Notes: generated from the sequence alone by a model not told the origin. Counted from the first letter of the stretch, positions 1 through 9,578 are shown. The stretch is 64,000 bases of DNA from Dehalococcoidia bacterium (GCA_009693045.1 SHXZ01000002.1:22816-86815), one strand, 5' to 3'. Numbers and translations are program-made.

Positions 1-389
1 CACACCTCGTCCACGATGTCCATCCACTTGGCCTCAATGAGCACCGCGGCCTCAAGCACCGCGGCCTTGACACCCTGCGCGGCGAGTTGCTTGAAGCGGT
101 CCACGGCCATGGCCTTGATGCGCGGGTGCATGAGGGCGTTGAGCCTGGCGAGCTGAGCGGGGTCGCCGAAGACGATGGCGCCCAGATTGCGCCGGTCTAT
201 CTCGCCGCTGGGCGCGACGATGTCGCGTCCGAAGGCTTCAACGACGGCGCGCCAGCCCTCGGAGTCGGGGAGATATGCTTCGTGGCCGAGCTTATCGGCG
301 TCAACAATCGCCGCGCCGAGCTCCTGCAGCAGGCCCGCCACGGCGCTCTTGCCGGCGCCGATGCCACCGGTCAGGCCGATGGTGATCAT
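1..389 (-). CDS. coaE: dephospho-CoA kinase (3' end runs off window)
   Basis: Manual translation MITIGLTGGIGAGKSAVA...VDADKLGHEAY...IDRRNLGAIVFGDP...LMHP...VLEAAVLIE; P-loop and CoaE motifs; GGAGG upstream. Confidence 0.93.
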   Translation of the reverse strand, partial: MITIGLTGGIGAGKSAVAGLLQELGAAIVDADKLGHEAYLPDSEGWRAVVEAFGRDIVAPSGEIDRRNLGAIVFGDPAQLARLNALMHPRIKAMAVDRFKQLAAQGVKAAVLEAAVLIEAKWMDIVDEV

Positions 390-476
390 CCCCGCCTCCC
401 TGGTGCGCGACTCCTGGCCGGCTCTATCCCTGCCTGGGGTGAAACGCAAGACATGCCTTTGCCAAGAGATAGCGCG

Positions 477-505
477 ATTGTAGCAAGTGGGGCGAAACGA
501 CGCAA
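477..505 (-). promoter_or_regulatory. putative sigma70 promoter for coaE
   Basis: TTGCGT-17nt-TACAAT on minus strand. Confidence 0.5.
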
Positions 506-701
506 GGGAAAATTTTTACGTTCGGCGGCGGTCTGACCGCTAGCCGAACTCGTCGGCGAAGTGGGCGCCGTTGCAAAGGAAACGTTTTCCGGGCCAGGCT
601 CCACCTGATGCCACCTGCCACCACGCTGATTATCGCACAGAACGGGGGGGGGGCTGTCAGGGCCTTTTCGTTATCGCCAGCTTCTTGTCAGAAACAACTT
701 T

Positions 702-797
702 TGCCATTCTGAGGGAGCGGCAGCGACCGAGGAATCTCCGCTCCTTAGGTTGCCGCTCACATAGCTGCGGAGATTCCGAGCGGAGCGAGGAATGACA
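702..797. repeat. GTCATTCTGAG...GAATGAC-type palindromic REP-like element
   Basis: tgccattctgagggagcg...gaatctc / gagattcc...gaggaatgaca; related copies at ~24365-24489, 59513-59552, 62198-62225, 63021-63054. Confidence 0.65.
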
Positions 798-910
798 ACG
801 AAAAGACCCTGTGGCGAACGGGTGCACCTGAACCCGCCACGGAGCTCCGGCGTGGTAAGCTAGGGACAACTCCAACTCTTTAGGCCGTCGCAACGGCCTT
901 GCGACGGTTT

Positions 911-1372
911 ATGACCAACGCGCGTCAGACTCCAGATATCGCGTGGGAACGGCTGGACCGGCTCTACCGGGACACGATCCTGGACCACGCCCGCAGGCCG
1001 AGGAACCGAACGCCGCTTCCGGCGCCGGGCGCGCGCGCCCACGTGTTGAACCCCTTTTGCGGCGACGAGGTGTTTGTGGACCTGTCGTTCGGCGATGGCC
1101 GCGTGTCGGCGGTATCCGTGCGGAGCAACGGGTGCGCGGTCTGCCAGGCCAGCGCGTCCATGATGTCGGAGCTGCTGACGGGCCGCAACGCGGGGGAGAT
1201 GCAGGCGCTGGCGGACCGCTTCGCCCGCATGATGCGCGGCGCTGCCTTGACCGAGGCGGAGCGGGCGTCGCTGGGGGAAGCGGCAGCGCTGGCGGGTGTG
1301 GCGCTGTTCCCGACGCGCGTCAAGTGCGCTCTGCTGGCGTGGAGCACGCTGGATGAGGCGCTGGAGGGGTAG
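911..1372 (+). CDS. sufU: SufU/IscU-family Fe-S assembly sulfur-transfer protein
   Basis: LYRDTILDH...NPFCGD...GCAVCQASASMM...RVKCALLAW; three conserved Cys. Confidence 0.9.
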   Translation: MTNARQTPDIAWERLDRLYRDTILDHARRPRNRTPLPAPGARAHVLNPFCGDEVFVDLSFGDGRVSAVSVRSNGCAVCQASASMMSELLTGRNAGEMQALADRFARMMRGAALTEAERASLGEAAALAGVALFPTRVKCALLAWSTLDEALEG

Positions 1373-1542
1373 GGAGGCGGGGGGGGGGTAACGGGGTAGC
1401 AGGGGGGGGCGTGGGCTTCAGCTGGCAGGGCTGCTCACGCAGACGGATTCACGCCAGTAGGGACGATGAGCGGCTTCTTGCGAGAATGGCGCAGGTGGTC
1501 GAGGCAGGGGCACCTGTATACGAAGCCGGCGAGGTGGTAGGA

Positions 1543-3264
1543 ATGGAGGCTCACGAGACGACACTCCGGATCATCCTTGAGGGATAAAAGCAATTTGTTA
1601 TCCCGTTGTTTCAGCGGACGTATAGCTGGACTAAGGCACAGTGGGACGACCCCTGGAAAGACATCGTTGAAACATATGAACCAGGAAACGAGCCTCATCA
1701 CTTCTTAGGGCCGGTTGTAACCAAGTCGTTACCTGGTGCCCCCGACCAGGTTTCACCATTCCTGGTTATTGATGGCCAGCAACGGTTGACTATTTTGACG
1801 ATTTTGCTAGCAGCCCTCCGTGACGCGATCCACTCGACGGACGAAACTACGGCAGCTAAGATTCATGATCTGTATCTAACTAACAGGTACGTGTCGGGAC
1901 TCTCTACTTTCAAAATCCTTCCCAGACAGGCAGACAGGGAGGCGTACTTTAGTGTCATTACCCGGGCCCGGGAGCAAGCTTCTCACGGCTCGTCTCGAAT
2001 TTTGGACTGTTATAAGTACTTTTGCGACAAAATCGGGCACTCAGACGAAGATGATGTACAAGGTCTAAATCCAGGGCGTTTGGAGGGACCGATACTTAAC
2101 CTGGAGCTTGTCAGCATCACGATCGATGAGAGGGACAATGAGTACAGAAGTTTCGAAAGTCTCAATGCCAAGGGAGCCTCCCCCCCCCTGACCCAAGCCG
2201 ACCTGCTGCGGAACTACTTCTTCATGCGGATTTCTTGGTCTCGGCAAGACATTATATACAGGACCATCTGGCTTCCGCTGCAGCAGTTGCTTGGAGATCA
2301 TTTGGAAGACTTTTTCCGATATCTGTACATGAGCGACGGTGAGTTTGTGCGCGAAAGTGACGTCTACCAAAAGTGGAAAATTACGCTAGACAAGTTGACC
2401 TCCGATCAACTGCTGGAGCGTTTAAGGAACATAGCCCAGGCAGGCAGTTACTACAAGCGTCTAACTGACCCCGTAAGCGAGGCGGACCCAGAGGTGAGCG
2501 GGCGACTTGTTCGCCTAAACCGCTGGGGCAGCCAAACTATGTATCCCTTCCTGCTTTTGGCTTACGGTCAGGAAAAGGCCGGATATCCGGGTCCCTCGGG
2601 AATTGCCGAATTGCTGACGATGATCGAGTCATTCTTGGTTCGACGCCTGTTCTGCGGTGTCCCAACCAATGCTCTGAACAGGCTATTCCTCCGTGTTCCC
2701 TAACAGCTTCCCAAGCAAAAGTCGATAGTGGAGGGGACCTGCGAGGCGTTGGCAGACCCCGGGAAGCGGTGGCCACGGGACAACGAGTTCCTGAAGGCAA
2801 TTCGTACTTACTCACTGTACACGGACAGCCGTGCTGAACAGCGTCGTCTCGTCTTGGAAAGCCTTGAGCTAATCTACGGTGTGAAGGAGAGGGCTGTCCT
2901 TGACGGCTTAACAGTGGAGCACGTCATGCCCCAGTCCTTGACCCCTGAATGGCGAGAGGCGCTCGGAGAGCGGGCAGACGAAATTCATCGCCAGTTTCTT
3001 CATACGCTTGGCAACCTAACCCTTACGGGGTACAACAGTCCCTTGAGTAACGATCCGTTTGCATCGAAGCGTAAGACTTTCGCGAGAAGCCCATTGGCGA
3101 TGAATCGGGAGATCGCCACGGAATCTACTTGGAGCGCCACGCAAATCCTCGAACGAGCCGACCGTCTTGGGGAAAAAGCACTCAGCATTTGGCCTGGATC
3201 GCCGCCAAGAGTGTTAGGACAATTGCTCAGAGACGATGGTACCATAGAGGACATTGTGGAATAG
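1543..3264 (+). pseudogene. DUF262-DUF1524 (GmrSD/SspE-like) nuclease interrupted by two in-frame TAA codons (1585, 2701)
   Basis: One reading frame: MEAHETTLRIILEG*KQFVIPLFQRTYSW...IDGQQRLT...FESLNAKG...RVP*QLP...TVEHVMPQ...LGNLTL; DUF262 QR/DGQQR/FxxxN motifs and HNH-like DUF1524 motif; lower GC. Confidence 0.85.
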
Positions 3265-3540
3265 GCTTCCTTCTCTTCATGAGCCAGTGTAGAGTTCGCC
3301 CGAGTAGAGTTCCTGCCGTGGTTGGGCTCAACTGTTGGCGCAGTATGTCATTGAAGAAGGCTTTGCCACCAAGACGCCACCAGCCACAATATTCAGAATC
3401 CTATCTGGCGTTGTAACGCCCGTCAGATGTGCCTTCGCCTTGAAGCCCATCCGACCGTGTGCTACGATGCGGGCAGGCGTCTAGCACGCGATGAAGCGGC
3501 TCCGTAAGCGCGTACAGCGACCCCGTGTGGAAGTGCGGCG

Positions 3541-4164
3541 TTGGCAGTCGGTTCGGCCCTCAAGGCCCCTCGTCACGAGTCCATCGGTTCCGCCGTGGCG
3601 GTGCAGGTGTTCCCTGCGTTCCGCCGCCGTGCGCCGGTGCGCCTTCTGAAGGACGCCGCTCGCGCGGCGTTGGCCGTCGGCGGGGCGGCCCAGGGCGCGT
3701 CGGCGAAGGTGGGCGTCGTCGTGGCGGACGACGAGACGGTGCGGACGCTGAACGCGCGGTACCGGGGCCTGGACGAAACCACGGATGTCCTCTCGTTCTC
3801 CTGGGCCAGCCCTGGACACTGGGAAGGGGAAGGGCACAGCCCCCTCGGCAAGCTCGGGGCAGGCTCTTCACCCTTCACTTCGGACGTTTTTCCGGCCATC
3901 GCCGGCGCCCGCAGCGGGCTCGGGGAAGTGATCATCTCCTACCCGCAGGCGGAGCGCCAGGCCAGGGAGCACGGCCACGCCACGCGGGACGAGTTGGCGC
4001 TGCTGGTGGCCCACGGCGTCCTGCACCTCCAGGGGCACGACCACGAGACGCCTGCCGATGAGGCGAGGATGAGGGCGCTGGAGTCGCGGGCGCTGGCGGG
4101 CCTGAGCATCGGGATCACTCTGATTGGGCGCACGCTGTTGGAGCGGAGCGGCCATGGTGGGTGA
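3541..4164 (+). CDS. ybeY: rRNA maturation RNase YbeY (start uncertain)
   Basis: LNARYRG...TDVLSF...LGEVIIS...HGVLHLQGHDH metal-binding motif. Confidence 0.92.
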   Translation: MAVGSALKAPRHESIGSAVAVQVFPAFRRRAPVRLLKDAARAALAVGGAAQGASAKVGVVVADDETVRTLNARYRGLDETTDVLSFSWASPGHWEGEGHSPLGKLGAGSSPFTSDVFPAIAGARSGLGEVIISYPQAERQAREHGHATRDELALLVAHGVLHLQGHDHETPADEARMRALESRALAGLSIGITLIGRTLLERSGHGG

Positions 4165-5845
4165 GGTGCTGTACCGGCGCTGGCGGCCTCGAAGGTTCGG
4201 GGACGTCTCCGGCCAGGAGATCGTGGTGACCACGCTGCGGCAGGCCGTGGCACAGGGGCGCGTGGCCCACGCGTACCTGTTCTGCGGGCCGCGCGGCACG
4301 GGCAAGACCAGCACGGCGCGCATCCTGGCCAAGGCGGTGAACTGCCTGGCGCCCCAGGGTGGCGAGCCGGACGGCACGTGCGCGATGTGTGTGGCCATTG
4401 ACGAGGGCCGCGCGCTTGACCTGGTGGAGATAGACGCCGCGAGCAACCGCGGTGTGGAGGACGCCCGCTCGCTCCGGGAGCGCGTGTTCGGCTCAGGCCC
4501 CGCCGAGGCGCGGTCCAAGGTGTACATCGTGGACGAAGTCCACATGCTGACTGACCCCGCGTTCAACACGCTGCTGAAGACGCTTGAGGAGCCCGCCCCG
4601 TGGGCCATCTTCATCCTGTGCACCACGGAGGCGGACAAGGTCCTCGCGACCGTCGTCTCGCGGTGCCAGCGGTTTGACTTCCGGCGTATCACCACCGCCG
4701 ACACCGTCGCGCGCCTGGAGACGATCTGCAAGGCCGAGGGATACACGGCGGAGCCGGAGGCGCTCGTCGCCGTCGCGAGGGCGTCCAGCGGGAGCCTGCG
4801 CGACGCGCTCAACCTGGTGGAGCAGCTCGCCTCGGCGTACGGACGCGCCGTAACCACCGCAGGCGTCCAGGAGATGCTGGGCCTGCGCGGCAGCGAGCAC
4901 GCGCTGCCGCTGGTGCGGCACGTCCTCAAGCGCGACGTGGCGCAGGCTCTGGCCCTGCTCAACACGGCAGGCAACGCCGGCGTGGACATGCGGGTGTTGC
5001 ACCGCGAGGCGCTGGCGCACCTGCGCGCGGTGCTCCTCATCCGGTCGGGCGTCGGCGACTCGGTGGAGCTGCCGAAGGATGCGGTGGAGGAGTTGCGCGC
5101 CCTCGCGCCGCAGACGACGATGGAGTTGGTGCTGCGCGCCATCCGCGCGTTCGCGCAGGCCAACGTGAAGTCGGCGGAGGGTATCCCGTCGCTGCCGCTG
5201 GAGCTGGCGGTCGTTGAGGTGTGCGCGGACCAGGCCCCGGCGACGCCAACGGAGGCGCCGAGGCAAGCTGCGCCGTCCCGCCCGCCTGCGCCCGCTGCGT
5301 CGCGGCCTCCAGGCACGGCGACGGCGCCCTACCCTCCGCGCGGCGCTCCCACGGCGAGACCTCCGGTGGCGGGCGCTCAGGGATGGCCCGCCCCGGCGAG
5401 GCCGCCAGTCAGTTCACCCGCTGCTTCGGCCACAGGGATGCGGCCTGCGGCGTCAGCCCAGCCGGCAGCGCCCAGCCCGCGCTCCGCGCCACCGTCGCCG
5501 CAGTGGGAGGCGTTGCTGAAGGCCCTCAGGCTGACGAAGGGCAAGAGCATAAACGTCGGCAGCATGGTCAACAGCTGCAGCGAGCACCGGGTGGAGGGCA
5601 ACGAGTTGGTGCTGGTGTTCCAGAGCGCCTCCAACATGGAGCGCCTTCAAGCCGAGCTTGAGCAGCCGGAGATGTGCGCGGTGGTGCAAAAGGCGGTGTG
5701 CGAGGCCTTTGGAGGCGACTACGAGCTCAAGCTCGTCGCGAACGGCAACGGCGCGGCGCAGGGCAAGCCGAGCGGGTACCTGGTGCGAGCGGCCATCGGC
5801 ATGGGCTCGCGGATCATTGAAGAAGCGAAGGAGGGCTTACCGTGA
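4154..5845 (+). CDS. dnaX: DNA polymerase III subunit gamma/tau
   Basis: LYRRWRP, GPRGTGKTS Walker A, Zn Cys, EIDAASN, DEVHML, SRC motif; Pro/Ala-rich linker. Confidence 0.96.
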   Translation: MVGEVLYRRWRPRRFGDVSGQEIVVTTLRQAVAQGRVAHAYLFCGPRGTGKTSTARILAKAVNCLAPQGGEPDGTCAMCVAIDEGRALDLVEIDAASNRGVEDARSLRERVFGSGPAEARSKVYIVDEVHMLTDPAFNTLLKTLEEPAPWAIFILCTTEADKVLATVVSRCQRFDFRRITTADTVARLETICKAEGYTAEPEALVAVARASSGSLRDALNLVEQLASAYGRAVTTAGVQEMLGLRGSEHALPLVRHVLKRDVAQALALLNTAGNAGVDMRVLHREALAHLRAVLLIRSGVGDSVELPKDAVEELRALAPQTTMELVLRAIRAFAQANVKSAEGIPSLPLELAVVEVCADQAPATPTEAPRQAAPSRPPAPAASRPPGTATAPYPPRGAPTARPPVAGAQGWPAPARPPVSSPAASATGMRPAASAQPAAPSPRSAPPSPQWEALLKALRLTKGKSINVGSMVNSCSEHRVEGNELVLVFQSASNMERLQAELEQPEMCAVVQKAVCEAFGGDYELKLVANGNGAAQGKPSGYLVRAAIGMGSRIIEEAKEGLP

Positions 5846-6144
5846 ACCGTCAGTTGATGCGGCAGGCGCAGCAGCTTCAGGCGGCACTGGTGAAGGCGGA
5901 GCAGGAGCTGGAGTCGGCGACGGTGGACGCGAGCGCGGGCGGTGGCGCGGTGAAGGTGGTGGTGACGGGCAAGGGCGTGGTGAAGTCGGTGAAGATTGAC
6001 CCGCAGGTAGTGGACCCGAAGGACGTGGCGATGCTGGAGGAGCTGGTGCTGGCGGCGGTGAACGAAGGGCAGCAGAAGGCGCAGGACATGGCGCAGAAGC
6101 GCATGTCAGCGCTCACGGGTGGGATGAAGATACCGGGGCTGTAA
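5842..6144 (+). CDS. ybaB: YbaB/EbfC nucleoid-associated protein
   Basis: MRQAQQLQ...GGGAVKV...IDPQVVDP...LEELVLAAVN; follows dnaX. Confidence 0.93.
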   Translation: MNRQLMRQAQQLQAALVKAEQELESATVDASAGGGAVKVVVTGKGVVKSVKIDPQVVDPKDVAMLEELVLAAVNEGQQKAQDMAQKRMSALTGGMKIPGL

Positions 6145-6181
6145 GAACTCTTCGTCAGGTTAGTAGCGATAAGGGGCTTCA

Positions 6182-7324
6182 GTGGTTACGGCGGCGCGGC
6201 AAGAAACCTCGGTTATCCCTTTACTCCTTGTTCCTCAGTTCGGTCAAGGGAATCCCGAAGCGGAGGGACTGTTTAAACGTGGCCTAGCCGCGCATCGAGG
6301 CGGACAATATACAGAGGCGGAGGCGGCTTACCGAGAGGTGTTGACACGTCACCCGGATTCACCAGCAACCAACCATAATTTAGCGGTATTGTTAGCTCAA
6401 ACTGCGAGGGTAGTCGAAGCGGAAGGGCTGTATCGTACTGCACTAAAGCAATGGCCGAATCAGCCTGAAATTTACAGTAATCTGGGCGTTCTCTTGGCGG
6501 AAATAGAACGTTACACCGAAGCGCTGGTCGCCTATCAAAAGGCGGCAGCATTGGGATATGCGCCAGCCAGCTACAATCTTGGGAACTTGCTGGTCCGCTT
6601 TGGGAGAGAACGCGACGCAGAGAGTGCGTATCGAGCGGCGCTTGAGCTAGATCCGAAGTTGTTCCAGGCACACCTCAATCTAGGTGTCGTACTAGAACAA
6701 CGCACTGAGCACTTGGAAGCCGAAACGGAATATCGCAAAGCACTGGAGAACCGTCCAGACTACCCAGTAGCCCTTCACAACTTAAGCAGATTGCTCGTCA
6801 GCGTAGGCCGCTTTGAGGAAGCAAAAAAACCTCTCCGCCGGTTGGTAGCCCTATGCCCGGACGATCCTGAAGCACATAGCCTTCTTGGAGTAGTACTTGC
6901 AGCGACCGGAGCAGCGGTTGACGCTTTACGAGAATTTGAAGCAGCGTATGAGCACCGGCTCCAGCGTTCCGATAGAGGCGAATCGTTGTACCGAGCCTGG
7001 GCAGCCTTGTTATTGCAGGAGGGAATCGAGGCCATATCCTCACGCGGCGTCACCGAAACCGAGAAGTGGATAAATGCGTTCGTTGACTTGCAGCGCCGAG
7101 CTAAGAAAGATCGGATGCTAAAGGTAGTCAAGGAAGCTACCCAAGCGGTTAAAGCAAATGCAACCAAGGAATTCCAGTCAGCACTTAACGCCTTTTTGCT
7201 GGGTGTTAGGCTCGCGGCTATTCAAGACCTGTGGGAGGGGTGGGACGCACTCGCTAAGGAAGTCAGCAAACGCTGGCCAAAGGGCCGGTCCGCTGTTGAC
7301 GTGATCCGAGAGATGCGTGACTAA
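6182..7324 (+). CDS. TPR-repeat protein (~7 repeats) with C-terminal VapB-like antitoxin tail
   Basis: ~34-aa repeats with NLG/A..A..Y..AL..P pattern; C-terminus WDALAKEVSKRWPKGRSAVDVIREMRD; lower GC; stop overlaps next start (TAATG). Confidence 0.8.
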   Translation: MVTAARQETSVIPLLLVPQFGQGNPEAEGLFKRGLAAHRGGQYTEAEAAYREVLTRHPDSPATNHNLAVLLAQTARVVEAEGLYRTALKQWPNQPEIYSNLGVLLAEIERYTEALVAYQKAAALGYAPASYNLGNLLVRFGRERDAESAYRAALELDPKLFQAHLNLGVVLEQRTEHLEAETEYRKALENRPDYPVALHNLSRLLVSVGRFEEAKKPLRRLVALCPDDPEAHSLLGVVLAATGAAVDALREFEAAYEHRLQRSDRGESLYRAWAALLLQEGIEAISSRGVTETEKWINAFVDLQRRAKKDRMLKVVKEATQAVKANATKEFQSALNAFLLGVRLAAIQDLWEGWDALAKEVSKRWPKGRSAVDVIREMRD

Positions 7325-7773
7325 TGCCTGAGTTTGTACTGGACGTCAACGTATTGATCGCTGATCTTGTTGAACGCCAGGATAACAATCAATTTACGAG
7401 AGCGCAGTCTTATCTCGCCCAAGTCCGAAGTGGTTCAGCCAGGGCTCACATACCGTCAATGATGTTGGTAGAGCTGTGTTCAGGACTATTCCGGGAATTG
7501 CAAAACTCCGATGAGGCTACTGTTTTGGCAGCAGAAGGTCGAAAACGGCTGGGCATACTAATTAAGATCAGAAATGTTATTGAATATGACTTGGATGTCA
7601 GAAGAGCTAATCAAGCCGGGGATATGGCGATTCGCTACGGTCTTTCGGGCGCAGACGCTATTTATGCGCAGCTCTCAGAAGAGCTTGCCCTCGACCTAGT
7701 AACATTTGATGAGAGAACTCTAGCGGACCGCCTCCGCCGTGGCGGCTATACCAGCGTGGTGGTGCCGACATGA
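7324..7773 (+). CDS. PIN-domain (VapC-family) ribonuclease
   Basis: FVLDVNV...LVE...LSGADAIY...LVTFD acidic catalytic set; stop overlaps recR start (ATGA). Confidence 0.85.
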   Translation: MPEFVLDVNVLIADLVERQDNNQFTRAQSYLAQVRSGSARAHIPSMMLVELCSGLFRELQNSDEATVLAAEGRKRLGILIKIRNVIEYDLDVRRANQAGDMAIRYGLSGADAIYAQLSEELALDLVTFDERTLADRLRRGGYTSVVVPT

Positions 7774-8402
7774 CCACCCCACGCCCCTACCCCTCCGACG
7801 CCCTGCCCACCGTCGTGCCCGTGGCGCGGCTGGTGGAGGCGTTCCACCAGCTTCCGGGCATCGGCCCCAAGACCGCGCAGCGCCTGGCCTACTACGTCAT
7901 ACGCATGCCCGTTGAGCAGGCCCGCGCCCTCGCCGAGGCCATCCTGGGCGTCAAGGACGGCATCGGCCTCTGTTCGCAGTGCCAGAACATCACCGACCAG
8001 GATCCGTGCGCCGTCTGCTCGGGGGCGGACCGCGACCGCAGCGTCATTTGCGTCGTTGAGGAGGCGCTGGACGTGCTGGCGCTGGAACGCACGCGTAGCT
8101 ACAAGGGCCTGTACCACGTTCTCCACGGCGTCATCTCCCCTATGGACGCCGTAGGCCCGGAAGACCTGAAGATCAGAGAGCTCCTTCACCGCCTGGACGA
8201 CGGCGTGGTGAGCGAGGTTGTTCTGGCGCTCAACCCAAACCTGACCGGCGACGCTACGGCTATGTACCTGCAGCGGCTCCTCAAGCCGCTGGGCATGCGA
8301 GTGACGCGGCTGGCGCGCGGGCTGCCCGTGGGCGGCGAGCTGGAGTACGCCGATGAAATGACGCTCATCCGCGCGCTCGAGGGCCGCCAGGAGCTGCCGT
8401 GA
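7770..8402 (+). CDS. recR: recombination mediator RecR
   Basis: LPGIGPKTAQRLAY HhH, CSQC..CAVC Zn finger, YHVLHG, RLARGLPVGGELEYAD. Confidence 0.96.
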   Translation: MTTPRPYPSDALPTVVPVARLVEAFHQLPGIGPKTAQRLAYYVIRMPVEQARALAEAILGVKDGIGLCSQCQNITDQDPCAVCSGADRDRSVICVVEEALDVLALERTRSYKGLYHVLHGVISPMDAVGPEDLKIRELLHRLDDGVVSEVVLALNPNLTGDATAMYLQRLLKPLGMRVTRLARGLPVGGELEYADEMTLIRALEGRQELP

Positions 8403-8500
8403 GGCAGGATTCAACCTTGCATCCTTCGCGCCAAACCAACGTGGTGGCGCGGAACATAGCTGGCTTTGGCGGGTAAGCTGCGTGCCTTCGGAGTGCCATC

Positions 8501-9322
8501 TTGACGCAGGAAACGGGAGCGGAGCGGGCTGCGGGCACCGCCGACCGGCTGTACAAGACCGAGGCGATCATCCTCAAGCAGTTGCCAACTGGCGAGGCTG
8601 ACCGGCTGCTGACCTTCTACACACCGTACCTTGGCAAGCTCCGGGCCATCGCCAGAGGGGCGCGGCGTCCCAAGAGCAAGCTGGTGGGGCACGTGGAGCC
8701 GTTGGTGCACGTCCAGTTGCTCGTCGCCAGGGGCCGCAACCTTGACGTGGTGAGCCAGGCCGAGACACTGGAGCCGTTTGTGGCGATACGCAGCAGTCTG
8801 GAGGCCACCTCGCGCGGCCTGTACTGCGCGGAGCTGATGGACGCGTTCGCGCCGGACGGCTACGCAAACCCGCAGCTCTTCGGGCTACTGCTCGCGACGC
8901 TTGGACGGCTGAACACCGGGGAGACCGAGGTCGCGCTCCGCTGGTTTGAGCTTCGCCTTCTCCATCTCACCGGCTTTCGGCCCGAGCTGCACCAGTGCGC
9001 CCAGTGCGGGAACGCGCTGGCGATGGAGGCCTGCGGGTTCAGTCCAGAGGCGGGCGGGGCGCTGTGCTCCGGGTGCCGTGGCTCCGCCGCAGTTCAGGCA
9101 GGGGCCCTCGTGCCGACGCGCATGAGCCTCAACGCCCTGAAGTCCCTGCGGTACCTCCAGGCGAACGACTACCAGGAGGCGCGACGGCTGCGGCTTCCGA
9201 TGCCGCTGGCGCTGGAGCTTGAGGGACTGCTGCGGTTCTACATCCGGCACGTGCTAGAGCGTGATGTGCGCTCCACGGCGTTCCTGGACCACCTAAGGCG
9301 GGTGAGGGGGCGTGAGGGCTAG
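8501..9322 (+). CDS. recO: DNA repair protein RecO
   Basis: EAIILK...GEADRLLT...GKLRAIARGARRPKS; CAQC..CSGC Zn site. Confidence 0.93.
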   Translation: MTQETGAERAAGTADRLYKTEAIILKQLPTGEADRLLTFYTPYLGKLRAIARGARRPKSKLVGHVEPLVHVQLLVARGRNLDVVSQAETLEPFVAIRSSLEATSRGLYCAELMDAFAPDGYANPQLFGLLLATLGRLNTGETEVALRWFELRLLHLTGFRPELHQCAQCGNALAMEACGFSPEAGGALCSGCRGSAAVQAGALVPTRMSLNALKSLRYLQANDYQEARRLRLPMPLALELEGLLRFYIRHVLERDVRSTAFLDHLRRVRGREG

Positions 9323-9341
9323 CTGACAAGCTCTGGGGTAC

Positions 9342-9466
9342 TTTGGGCGCCCCTTTCTGGGAGAAAGGGGCGCCCAAACCCTCCCCCAAGAGCCTTCTTT
9401 GTAAGGTCAAGTCCCGAAGTTTTCTGGAAGGGGCTTAGGAAACCTCTTTGTAAAGAGGTTTCCTAA
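9342..9466. repeat. two perfect palindromes after recO (terminator or REP-like)
   Basis: 17-bp stem 9342-9378 and 15-bp stem 9435-9466. Confidence 0.7.
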
Positions 9467-9511
9467 AATGTTCCGAGGTGCGAGCAGGCTTTTGATGCCC
9501 TTCTCCCCGCA

Positions 9512-9541
9512 TTGACACCTGCCGGCCCAAGCGACTACCAT
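9512..9541 (+). promoter_or_regulatory. putative sigma70 promoter for rplU-rpmA-rpmE
   Basis: TTGACA-18nt-TACCAT. Confidence 0.55.
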
Positions 9542-9578
9542 AGACTCTTGCGTCCCAGGTGAAATGAGAGGCGGGTTC

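Noticed and set aside
1376-1410. G-rich tract after sufU as a G-quadruplex
   Set aside because: Cannot be separated from a low-complexity or sequencing poly-G artefact without reads.
1543-3264. Genome-wide TAA-to-Gln recoding
   Set aside because: TAA is the genuine terminator of core genes here (e.g. ybaB, HpcH aldolase), so nonsense mutation is simpler.
5221-5500. Programmed frameshift or insertion in dnaX
   Set aside because: No slippery A-run seen; a Pro/Ala-rich linker is normal for tau.
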